Below are positions 1 through 6,880 of a DNA stretch of 10,851 nucleotides, piece after piece; position 1 is the stretch's first letter; each line of letters starts with the position of its first letter. The notes under the pieces are model-generated. The model saw only the letters and a list, made by a program, of their open reading frames with translations. It did not search any database and was not told where the DNA came from. Source of the DNA: Oligoflexia bacterium (GTDB taxonomy: Bacteria; Bdellovibrionota; Bdellovibrionia; JABDDW01); contig JAYTHU010000162.1 in assembly GCA_043732305.1 (NCBI GenBank), positions 1 through 10,851 of the forward strand. Direction: 5' to 3'. Position numbers and translations under genes: made by a program.

Positions 1-1
1 A

Positions 2-133
2 CTATAGAACCCGCAGATAAAAGATGGAACTCTTCAATATGATTACAAAAAACCGTTTGATATGTTTGTGAATGTCACTGATTTGAACGAATGGCGGAGC
101 GTGCGGGACTCGAACCCGCGGCCTTCCGCGTGA
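2..133 (+). pseudogene. Possible C-terminal remnant of a large serine recombinase/integrase reading into the tRNA-Asp 3' end
   Basis: Frame 2 reads L*NPQIKDGTLQYDYKKPFDMFVNVTDLNEWRSVRDSNPRPSA*. The 'LSN..(l)kdG.l.y.y.kPFD' pattern is recalled from C-termini of tRNA-targeting serine recombinases. There is an in-frame TAG at 5-7 where Ser (TCG) would be expected. The frame is cut by the window edge. Confidence 0.5.
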
Positions 134-168
134 CAGGCGGACGTTATAACCAACTTAACTAACGCTCC
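92..168 (-). tRNA. tRNA-Asp (anticodon GTC)
   Basis: The reverse complement is GGAGCGT-TA-GTTAAGTTGGTTATAAC-G-TCCGC-CTGTCAC-GCGGA-AGGCC-GCGGG-TTCGAGT-CCCGC-ACGCTCC-G-CCA: a complete 77-nt cloverleaf with G73 discriminator and encoded CCA. Confidence 0.98.
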
Positions 169-202
169 AACAAAGTAATGATGAACACATTTTATAGCCG
201 TC

Positions 203-1132
203 TCAGAGGCTATATTTCAAGGAAATTCCGTAAATATGGTCGGTAAGAGTTGGGGCGTACTCATACTCGAGACTCAAACCTGCCCGAAAATCAGCAAACA
301 GCTCATATAAAAAGCCACCTTTGTAACTCCAAGTCCAAGACCCGTCTGAAGCTGCGGGGGATCCCACTATATCCCCGTCAAACTCCCAAAGTTTACCCGG
401 CGTCCAAACTAGCCCCAAACTTTCCTGCCAGGCGGGAAATCCACCAACTGTTCCAGAAAAAGCCGAAGCTCCCATAGCGACAGATCTTGGCGAGTCCAAG
501 AACTGTAAGAAACTATTCACGTCACGATCGTAGAAATAATAACTATAACTGACCTTAACCGAAAAATTATCAGTGGGATTCACATCCAATTCAAATTCAG
601 AAGCAACTTGTTTGATAACGTTGTCACTGTTTGATGGGCGCGGTAATCCGCGTTTTGTAACTGTGTTAGTTGTGAAAGTTTGTGTGTAAGTAAGATCAGT
701 AAACTCCACTTTGGCGGAAATCACAGAACTAAAATTATATTTTAGTGAAAGCTCTGGTCCAAAATATTTCAACGCTTCTTGAGGGGTATTGGCATATTGA
801 ATTCCAAAGGAAACATCAAAGGTGTTCTTGTTGTCATAGCCCAAATCTAAAGTGATTTGGTTTGTAGTGTCTGTCACCCCTCCCCCGGAAATTCCATCAC
901 CTGCGGATGTAGTCTTAATGATATCGTAGACGGCATTCCAATTAAAACTTGGAAGTGGCTCCGCTGGTTTTTTCCCATGACTCAATTGCGCACTTTCAAA
1001 ATCACCGCTTGCGCCTAAGGTCTCTTGAATCAAATAACTTCCCACTTGCGTGTCACTCGAAAGTTCCACTGCCTGCGCTCTTAAAGACAACGCAGACAAC
1101 AGAAGACCAAGTCCGAAAATAAAAAACTTCAT
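203..1132 (-). CDS. Putative outer-membrane beta-barrel protein, function unknown (309 aa)
   Basis: Signal peptide MKFFIFGLGLLLSALSLRAQA; many alternating hydrophobic/aromatic strands (ITLDLGYD, FSVKVSYSYYFY, FRAGLSLEYEY); C-terminal strand YGISLKYSL. ATG at 1132 is preferred over the track's GTG at 1141 because a G-rich SD (GGGGTGG) precedes it. Confidence 0.7.
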   Translation of the reverse strand: MKFFIFGLGLLLSALSLRAQAVELSSDTQVGSYLIQETLGASGDFESAQLSHGKKPAEPLPSFNWNAVYDIIKTTSAGDGISGGGVTDTTNQITLDLGYDNKNTFDVSFGIQYANTPQEALKYFGPELSLKYNFSSVISAKVEFTDLTYTQTFTTNTVTKRGLPRPSNSDNVIKQVASEFELDVNPTDNFSVKVSYSYYFYDRDVNSFLQFLDSPRSVAMGASAFSGTVGGFPAWQESLGLVWTPGKLWEFDGDIVGSPAASDGSWTWSYKGGFLYELFADFRAGLSLEYEYAPTLTDHIYGISLKYSL

Positions 1133-1151
1133 ATTCCCCACCCCAAGAAAA

Positions 1152-2219
1152 TTAAGCTAAGCTTTTCATGTCGATGACGAAGCGATATCGGACATCGCCT
1201 CTCATCATACGTTCGTAAGCTTCATTTACTTTTTGAATAGGAATCACTTCCACATCAGAAACTATATTGTGAGCGGCACAATAGTCGAGCATCTCTTGAG
1301 TTTCCTTAATGCCACCAATAAGCGATCCAGCCAAACTCTTACGCCCACCGATGAGACTGAAAGCATGGACGGCAGCGGGTTCGGGCGGAACTCCCAAGAG
1401 AACCATGGTTCCATTCAGTGCAAGTAAACCTAAGTACTGGTTGTAATCGTGGGCCGCAGAGACAGCGTCAATGATCAAATCGAATTTGCCTTCTAAGTCA
1501 GTGAAAGTTTTTGCATCTGAAGTGGCTGCAAAATGATGGGCACCCAATCTCTTCGCGTCCTTTTCTTTTGAAAGCGAAGTGCTTAGTACCGTGACGTCAG
1601 CACCCATACTGGCAGCAATTTTTACGGCCATGTGCCCAAGCCCACCAAGACCAACGACTGCAACTTTTTTACCGGGGCCGGCTTTCCAATGTTTCAATGG
1701 AGAATAAGTTGTGATGCCGGCGCAGAGAAGAGGTGCGACAGCTTCTAGAGAAAGTTTAGGCGAAATAGTAAGGCAGAAACTTTCTTTGGTGACGATTTGA
1801 TTGGAGTAGCCTCCATACGTAGGAGCGCCATCTTTTTCAAGACTGTTGTATGTTCCGATCATTCCAACAAGGCAATATTGTTCTTCCCCAGCTTTGCACG
1901 AAGAACAATTCTGGCAGGAGTCCACAAGACAGCCAACTCCGGCAAGATCTCCGACTTTAAATTTTGTGACTGATTTTCCAACTTTCGTGACTCGGCCTAC
2001 GATCTCATGACCGGGGACCATTGGAAATGTTGATCCGCCCCACTCATTTCTGGCTTGATGAATATCGGAATGACAAATTCCGCAGTAAGCGATTTCAATG
2101 ACAACATCATCATCTTTAGGTTCGCGACGCTCGAATGTAAACGGTTCGAGCTGTGAGCTCGCAGATTTAACCGCATAACCTTTGGCCAGAGAGTTAGATT
2201 GAGACTTAAGTTGAGACAT
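1152..2219 (-). CDS. NAD(P)-dependent zinc alcohol dehydrogenase, cinnamyl-alcohol dehydrogenase (YahK/AdhC-like) family (355 aa)
   Basis: GICHSD and GHEIVG catalytic Zn motifs, structural Zn motif CQNCSSC..EEQYC, PLLCAGIT, GLGGLG Rossmann motif and C-terminal GDVRYRFVID. The start is moved to ATG 2219, which has GGAGG at 2226-2230. Confidence 0.95.
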   Translation of the reverse strand: MSQLKSQSNSLAKGYAVKSASSQLEPFTFERREPKDDDVVIEIAYCGICHSDIHQARNEWGGSTFPMVPGHEIVGRVTKVGKSVTKFKVGDLAGVGCLVDSCQNCSSCKAGEEQYCLVGMIGTYNSLEKDGAPTYGGYSNQIVTKESFCLTISPKLSLEAVAPLLCAGITTYSPLKHWKAGPGKKVAVVGLGGLGHMAVKIAASMGADVTVLSTSLSKEKDAKRLGAHHFAATSDAKTFTDLEGKFDLIIDAVSAAHDYNQYLGLLALNGTMVLLGVPPEPAAVHAFSLIGGRKSLAGSLIGGIKETQEMLDYCAAHNIVSDVEVIPIQKVNEAYERMMRGDVRYRFVIDMKSLA

Positions 2220-2300
2220 TAAATACCTCCGGGTAAAAATTTTGTGACACACAAAATATTAGTCCCGGAAATTTTTTTTGGCCAGAAGCAAAGGTGAGAC

Positions 2301-2576
2301 TTAGAACCCGCCGAATTTATCCTGGTTATTTCCAGCTTCGGTAAAAGCAGATGTAGAAGTTTCACCCGAATTGTGACGACTGTTCGCGTTGTTATCTGCA
2401 ACTCGATCATCACTTCTTTTTTGACCTTCAAGAAATCTTGATCCAACATTCTTTTTATCGGAATTGCCACTAAGGTAATCAGAGCAATTGCTGCTCGATT
2501 TATCTTTTTTACCTGCATGAGAAGCAAAGCTAATGAAGCTTAAAGACAAAATTAGAGAAAGTGCCAAATATTTCAT
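2301..2576 (-). CDS. Small secreted hypothetical protein (91 aa)
   Basis: Strong SD GGAGG upstream; classic signal peptide MKYLALSLILSLSFISFASHA; hydrophilic S/N/D/K-rich mature part. Confidence 0.8.
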   Translation of the reverse strand: MKYLALSLILSLSFISFASHAGKKDKSSSNCSDYLSGNSDKKNVGSRFLEGQKRSDDRVADNNANSRHNSGETSTSAFTEAGNNQDKFGGF

Positions 2577-2621
2577 TGAAGGCCTCCATATATTTAATAA
2601 AGATTTGATATATCAAGGCAT

Positions 2622-2637
2622 TGCAATATCGATACCC
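2622..2637 (-). promoter_or_regulatory. Candidate sigma54 (-24/-12) promoter for the small secreted protein
   Basis: Minus strand reads GGGTATCGATATTGCA, giving GG-N10-GC with TTGCA. This resembles the consensus TGGCAC-N5-TTGCW and lies about 45 nt upstream of the ATG. Confidence 0.5.
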
Positions 2638-2651
2638 AATTTAGCACTGTG

Positions 2652-2680
2652 TAAACAAGCAGATTGCCCGCGAGCATCTG
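2652..2680 (-). terminator. Possible intrinsic terminator downstream of sdhB
   Basis: Minus-strand hairpin CAGATGCT-CGCG-GGCAATCTG (one bulge, one G-U pair) followed by CTTGTTTA, about 40 nt after the sdhB stop. The U-tract is imperfect. Confidence 0.35.
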
Positions 2681-2722
2681 TCAAAGTATTGCGCATGTAA
2701 TTTGTCGCATAATGATTAGAAA

Positions 2723-3493
2723 TTATTCGCCTTGAGAAACTTTCGGGCGAGGAGCTTGCAAGATCGCAACAGCGTATTCACGTCTCATCATCGCAATGTT
2801 TGCAATGCTAATTTCAGCGGGACAAGCTGCTTGGCATTCACCAATGTTGGTGCAGTGTCCAAAACCTTCGGCGTCTGCCCGCTCGACCATATTGATAACT
2901 CGATCATGCCGTTGAGGATGACCTTGGGGGAGCATAGCCAGTTGAGAAATTTTAGCAGATGTGAAAAGTGAGGCAGAAGCGTTGGGACAAGCTGCAACGC
3001 AAGCGCCACAACCAATGCATGCAGCAGAAGACATAGCTGCATCGGAAAGATCTTTTCCAATAAGAATGGAATTGCCATCTGCATGGCGACTGGTTTTTGC
3101 GGAAGTGTATCCGCCGGCTTGTTGAATACGATCAAAAGCTTGGCGATCCACAACTAAATCTTTGATCACTGGAAATGCTTTGGCTCTCCAAGGTTCCACA
3201 ACAATGGAATCACCATCTTTGAAAACTCGCATGTAAACCTGGCATGTGGTTATTGCCAAATCCGGTCCGTGCGGTTGGCCGTTAATCATGCAACTGCATG
3301 AACCGCAAATTCCTTCGCGGCAATCATTATCAAATTCTACAGGTTCATCGCCTTTTTTAATCAACCCTTCGTTTAATACGTCGAGCATTTCTAAAAAGGA
3401 CATGTCCCCCGAGATACCGTCTAGGTCGTAATTTTTGAATTCACCTTTGGCTTTGGAATTTTTTTGTCGCCAAATTTTTAAATGAATTTTCAT
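2723..3493 (-). CDS. sdhB: Succinate dehydrogenase/fumarate reductase iron-sulfur subunit
   Basis: CREGICGSC...TTC (2Fe-2S), [12 protein letters not shown] (4Fe-4S) and [12 protein letters not shown] (3Fe-4S) motifs; [11 protein letters not shown]; adjacent to sdhA. Confidence 0.96.
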   Translation of the reverse strand: MKIHLKIWRQKNSKAKGEFKNYDLDGISGDMSFLEMLDVLNEGLIKKGDEPVEFDNDCREGICGSCSCMINGQPHGPDLAITTCQVYMRVFKDGDSIVVEPWRAKAFPVIKDLVVDRQAFDRIQQAGGYTSAKTSRHADGNSILIGKDLSDAAMSSAACIGCGACVAACPNASASLFTSAKISQLAMLPQGHPQRHDRVINMVERADAEGFGHCTNIGECQAACPAEISIANIAMMRREYAVAILQAPRPKVSQGE

Positions 3494-3504
3494 GATCGCC
3501 TCAC

Positions 3505-5427
3505 TTATTTATAATTTCTTTGAGCCAAATGAATATTATCAAAATCTAATTTCTCTTTGTGGAGCACGGACTCTTTGTCATAGCCCTTGTATTCCCAGGC
3601 ACTCACAAAGCAGAAGTTTTCGTCATCACGTTTAGCTTCACCCTCGGGGGTTTGACTTTCCAATCGAAAGTGACCGCCGCATGATTCTTTTCTGTTGAGC
3701 GCATCAGCAGCCATCAGTTCGCCGAGCTCTAAGAAATCTCCCACTCGTCCAGCAACTTCCAAGTTTTTATTGAATTCGGCGGTGTCACCAGGAATTTTGA
3801 CATCGTTCCAAAATTCATGACGAAGTTTTTTAATTTCAGACATGGCCGTTTTAAGTCCGTCTTCACTGCGCGCCATCCCCACGTGTTCCCACATGGTTTT
3901 TCCAAGCTGGCGATAAATTTCTAAAGGTGTGCGATTGCCCTTTTTCCCAACGGTCATAAACTTGTTCAATTCAGTCCGCACATCGTTTTCAGATTCTTTA
4001 AATGCAGGATGATTGGTATCGACTTTGGGAAGCACAGTTGAGGCCAAGTAATTTCCGAGTGTGTACGGAATGACGAAATAACCGTCACTCAGACCTTGCA
4101 TGAGTGCACTCGCGCCTAGTCGATTTGCTCCGTGATCGGAGAAATTTGCTTCGCCCAAAACATGTAATCCAGGAATGGTGGACATCAAATTGTAATCCAC
4201 CCAGAGACCACCCATGGTGTAGTGAACCGCAGGGTAAATGCGCATAGGAACATCGTAAGGATTTTCATCGGTAATATGATGGTACATATCAAAGAGATTG
4301 CCATACTTCTCTGCAACAGCACTTTTGCTGTCGCGCTTGATCGCATCCCTGAAATCGAGATAAACGGCGCGTCCAGTTTCGCCAACTCCCAAACCATCAT
4401 CACAAACTATCTTGGCGTTACGAGAAGCAACATCGCGAGGAACCAAGTTTCCAAACGCGGGATATTTTCTCTCGAGATAATAATCTCGATCAGCATCAGG
4501 AATTTGACTGGGATTCTTTTTTACGTCTGCTTTGTTTTTTGGAACCCAGACTCTTCCATCGTTTCTCAAACTCTCACTCATCAGTGTAAGCTTCGATTGA
4601 TGATCACCGGAAACAGGAATGCAGGTGGGATGAATTTGTGTGTAGCAAGGATTTGCAAACAGAGCGCCCTTGCGATGCGCTCTCCAGATTGCATTCGAAT
4701 TAGAGTTAAACGCATTGGTAGAGAGGAAATAAACCCGTCCATAACCACCGGTGCAAAGCAGAACGGCATCGGCTGCGTACTTTTCTATTTCACCATTTAT
4801 CAAATTTCTAACCACAATACCGCGAGCTTTTCCGTCTACCAGTACCAGATCCATCATTTCGCGACGAGCGAACGTCTGAACTTTCTTAGCTTCCACTTGG
4901 CGCATGAGAGAGCTATACGCTCCCAACAAAAGTTGTTGGCCTGTTTGACCGCGAGCATAAAATGTGCGCGAAACTTGCGCACCACCAAAAGACCGGTTGG
5001 CTAATTCTCCGCTATACTCCCGTGCAAACGGAACACCTTGAGCCACGCACTGATCGATAATCGATTGGCTGTTTTCAGCCAATCTGTAAACGTTCGATTC
5101 ACGTGAACGGAAATCTCCGCCCTTGATAGTGTCATAGAAAAGTCTCCAGACGCTGTCGCCGTCATTAGAATAATTTTTAGCGGCGTTGATGCCACCTTGA
5201 GCCGCAATTGAATGGGCTCTGCGCGGGGAATCTTGAATGCAAAAGCTCTGAACATTGTAGCCAAGTTCCGCGAGTGATGCGGCAGCTGAAGCGCCCGCAA
5301 GTCCGGTGCCAACAACAATGACGTTAAATTTCCGTTTGTTCGACGGGTTAATAAGTTTTATGTCTGCTTTGTGACGCTCCCATTGAGTGTGAATGTCTCC
5401 CGAAGGACCGTTTGATTTGAGTTCCAT
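3505..5427 (-). CDS. sdhA: Succinate dehydrogenase/fumarate reductase flavoprotein subunit
   Basis: GTGLAG FAD-binding motif, [10 protein letters not shown] (covalent FAD His), [27 protein letters not shown] and [10 protein letters not shown]. Confidence 0.97.
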   Translation of the reverse strand: MELKSNGPSGDIHTQWERHKADIKLINPSNKRKFNVIVVGTGLAGASAAASLAELGYNVQSFCIQDSPRRAHSIAAQGGINAAKNYSNDGDSVWRLFYDTIKGGDFRSRESNVYRLAENSQSIIDQCVAQGVPFAREYSGELANRSFGGAQVSRTFYARGQTGQQLLLGAYSSLMRQVEAKKVQTFARREMMDLVLVDGKARGIVVRNLINGEIEKYAADAVLLCTGGYGRVYFLSTNAFNSNSNAIWRAHRKGALFANPCYTQIHPTCIPVSGDHQSKLTLMSESLRNDGRVWVPKNKADVKKNPSQIPDADRDYYLERKYPAFGNLVPRDVASRNAKIVCDDGLGVGETGRAVYLDFRDAIKRDSKSAVAEKYGNLFDMYHHITDENPYDVPMRIYPAVHYTMGGLWVDYNLMSTIPGLHVLGEANFSDHGANRLGASALMQGLSDGYFVIPYTLGNYLASTVLPKVDTNHPAFKESENDVRTELNKFMTVGKKGNRTPLEIYRQLGKTMWEHVGMARSEDGLKTAMSEIKKLRHEFWNDVKIPGDTAEFNKNLEVAGRVGDFLELGELMAADALNRKESCGGHFRLESQTPEGEAKRDDENFCFVSAWEYKGYDKESVLHKEKLDFDNIHLAQRNYK

Positions 5428-6107
5428 TAGTGGGCACCTCCGAGGTCAAAGTAAAGCCAGAGGGGAATTCCCAAAAATCCGGCCGCGAGAGCAATCGCAA
5501 GAATGATTCCTAAAATTTTAACAGGCTTGTCAGTACGTGAGTTGATAGCGCCCAAAGATTGAAACGCACTCCAGAAGCCGTGACGCAAATGAAGTCCTAG
5601 CATCACAATACAGATTTCATAAAACCCGACGTAGTAAGGATTTTTGAAAACTCGATAAACCATGGCGTACAAATCTCCTTCCATGGCTTTGTCAGCAGCA
5701 GCAAATCCAAATCTGAATTGTGTGAGATGAACAATTAAAAAAGTCAAAAGAAGAAGGCCAGAGATAATCATGTGACGAGATGAAATATTATTGCGTGAAG
5801 GACCACCTTTAGTGTGAACTTCGGAATAACTTATGGGGCGGGCTTTCATCGCTTTAAGTTTAAGCGTGATCGCCATGTAAATGTGGATAAGAAACGCGAG
5901 GAGCAATCCAACTTCGGCTATCGTTAAAAGAAATCCCAGAGAATCAAGTTTGGCGGCGTAGGCGTTGAAAATGGCGGGATCTTTTTTAAAGAGTAAAAGA
6001 TTTCCCAACAAATGGACAATTGTGAATACCACCAAGCCCAAGCCCGTGAGAGACATCAAAAACTTTTTTCCGACGGATGAGTTCAAAGCTTTACTGATTG
6101 GGATCAT
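5427..6107 (-). CDS. sdhC: Succinate dehydrogenase cytochrome b membrane anchor (single-subunit, di-heme type)
   Basis: [14 protein letters not shown]-terminus, five hydrophobic segments and His ligands in VHLLGN, IHIY, VHLTQF and LHLRHG. The stop overlaps the sdhA start (TAATG). Confidence 0.93.
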   Translation of the reverse strand: MIPISKALNSSVGKKFLMSLTGLGLVVFTIVHLLGNLLLFKKDPAIFNAYAAKLDSLGFLLTIAEVGLLLAFLIHIYMAITLKLKAMKARPISYSEVHTKGGPSRNNISSRHMIISGLLLLTFLIVHLTQFRFGFAAADKAMEGDLYAMVYRVFKNPYYVGFYEICIVMLGLHLRHGFWSAFQSLGAINSRTDKPVKILGIILAIALAAGFLGIPLWLYFDLGGAH

Positions 6108-6150
6108 AAACAGCCGTTATCCTTTTGATTTTTGTTAACTTAACTTTAAC

Positions 6151-6179
6151 ATTCTAAGCTTACTCTTGGACAGAGCCAA
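6151..6179 (-). promoter_or_regulatory. Candidate sigma70 promoter for sdhCAB
   Basis: Minus strand TTGGCT (6179-6174)-N17-TAGAAT (6156-6151), about 45 nt upstream of the sdhC ATG. Confidence 0.55.
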
Positions 6180-6651
6180 GAAATTTCGGAATGATGCTCG
6201 AGCGGTGAGCGAAAATTTTTTTCACGTCTGGCGTAACAAAAATAGGTGTGACGAGCTCACCAAGAAAACCAAAAGGCGCGAGATAGCGCACGGTATCATT
6301 CATCATTGTGCCGCTTATGGTTCCGGTTGGACCCTCTGAAACTGCTGAGCGGAATTCGTGAGTATGGTGCCAATATTTAAACGGACCTTTGACTTGCACA
6401 TCCACGAATTTCACTCCGGGCACCCACTCTTCTATGCGAGTGCGCCACCTGACGGGTACGCCGTGGATTCTAATTTTATAATCAATGATAGCTCCAACTT
6501 CCATGTGAATTGGAAGCGGCGTGATAAATTGAAAATGGACTAGCGGCGGAGTGATTTTTTCCAGGTTTTCGGCCTTGGAAAAAAAATCAAAGACCTTGTC
6601 TAAGGGAGCGTTAATAAAAATTTCCGACTTAAATATTTTGGGTTCGCGCAT
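6160..6651 (-). CDS. SRPBCC (START-like) family ligand-binding protein (163 aa)
   Basis: INAPLDKVFDFFSKAENLEKITPP, FVDVQVKGPFKYWHHTHEF and IFAHR are typical of SRPBCC proteins. The start is moved to ATG 6651 because the domain begins there and the track's extension covers promoter elements. Confidence 0.88.
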   Translation of the reverse strand: MREPKIFKSEIFINAPLDKVFDFFSKAENLEKITPPLVHFQFITPLPIHMEVGAIIDYKIRIHGVPVRWRTRIEEWVPGVKFVDVQVKGPFKYWHHTHEFRSAVSEGPTGTISGTMMNDTVRYLAPFGFLGELVTPIFVTPDVKKIFAHRSSIIPKFLGSVQE

Positions 6652-6658
6652 GGATGAA

Positions 6659-6687
6659 AGAGTAGCGTTTTTAGAGGGTGCAGTCAA
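6659..6687 (-). promoter_or_regulatory. Candidate sigma70 promoter for the SRPBCC gene (probably leaderless)
   Basis: Minus strand TTGACT (6687-6682)-N17-TACTCT (6664-6659), then 7 nt to the ATG; no SD is present. Confidence 0.6.
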
Positions 6688-6708
6688 TTGAACCGTGGCC
6701 AAAAACCC

Positions 6709-6737
6709 TTGCAATATAGGCTCTCGTCGGATTTAAT
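6709..6737 (+). promoter_or_regulatory. Candidate sigma70 promoter for ffs-dnaX
   Basis: TTGCAA (6709-6714)-N17-TTTAAT (6732-6737), followed by the GC-rich discriminator GCGGCGG typical of stable-RNA promoters. Confidence 0.6.
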
Positions 6738-6761
6738 GCGGCGGACTAACAAGTCTCAATA

Positions 6762-6859
6762 TGACTGGGGTCTTCGCAATGAACGCTTTGCAAATCCCGC
6801 CAGATCCGAAAGGAAGCAACGGTAGCGATAGTGATCATGTGACGGAGATACCCCGGTCA
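6762..6859 (+). ncRNA. ffs: Small bacterial signal recognition particle RNA (4.5S)
   Basis: Helix-8 motif CCAGATCC-GAAA-GGAAGCAAC; terminal pairing TGACTGGGG-TCTTCG with CGGAGA-TA-CCCCGGTCA; the position upstream of dnaX-ybaB-recR is a known conserved context. Confidence 0.93.
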
Positions 6860-6880
6860 CCAATATTTTTTAAGGAGCAC

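Noticed and set aside
5..7. TAG reassignment (no called gene ends in TAG, and a TAG interrupts the recombinase-like frame)
   Set aside because: Twelve genes is too small a sample, TAG is generally the rarest stop, and none of the conserved genes has an in-frame TAG. A nonsense mutation or a true stop is simpler.
2219..2527. 102-aa minus-strand ORF overlapping the small secreted protein
   Set aside because: It is an alternate frame. The 2301-2576 ORF has the SD and a clear signal peptide.
2605..2616. TTGATATATCAA as an FNR box
   Set aside because: FNR needs TTGAT-N4-ATCAA and the spacer here is N2. It is kept only as an unassigned palindrome.
4222..5004. 260-aa plus-strand ORF and the other short ORFs overlapping real genes (e.g. 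250-477, 1233-1427, 2732-2971, 2788-3153, 6994-7242, 8147-8527, 9716-10102, 10315-10605)
   Set aside because: These are antisense or alternate-frame shadows of well-supported genes, with no recognisable motifs.
6761..6880. 40-aa N-terminal extension of DnaX in the ORF track
   Set aside because: It overlaps the SRP RNA. The conserved DnaX N-terminus and an AAGGAG SD point to GTG 6881.
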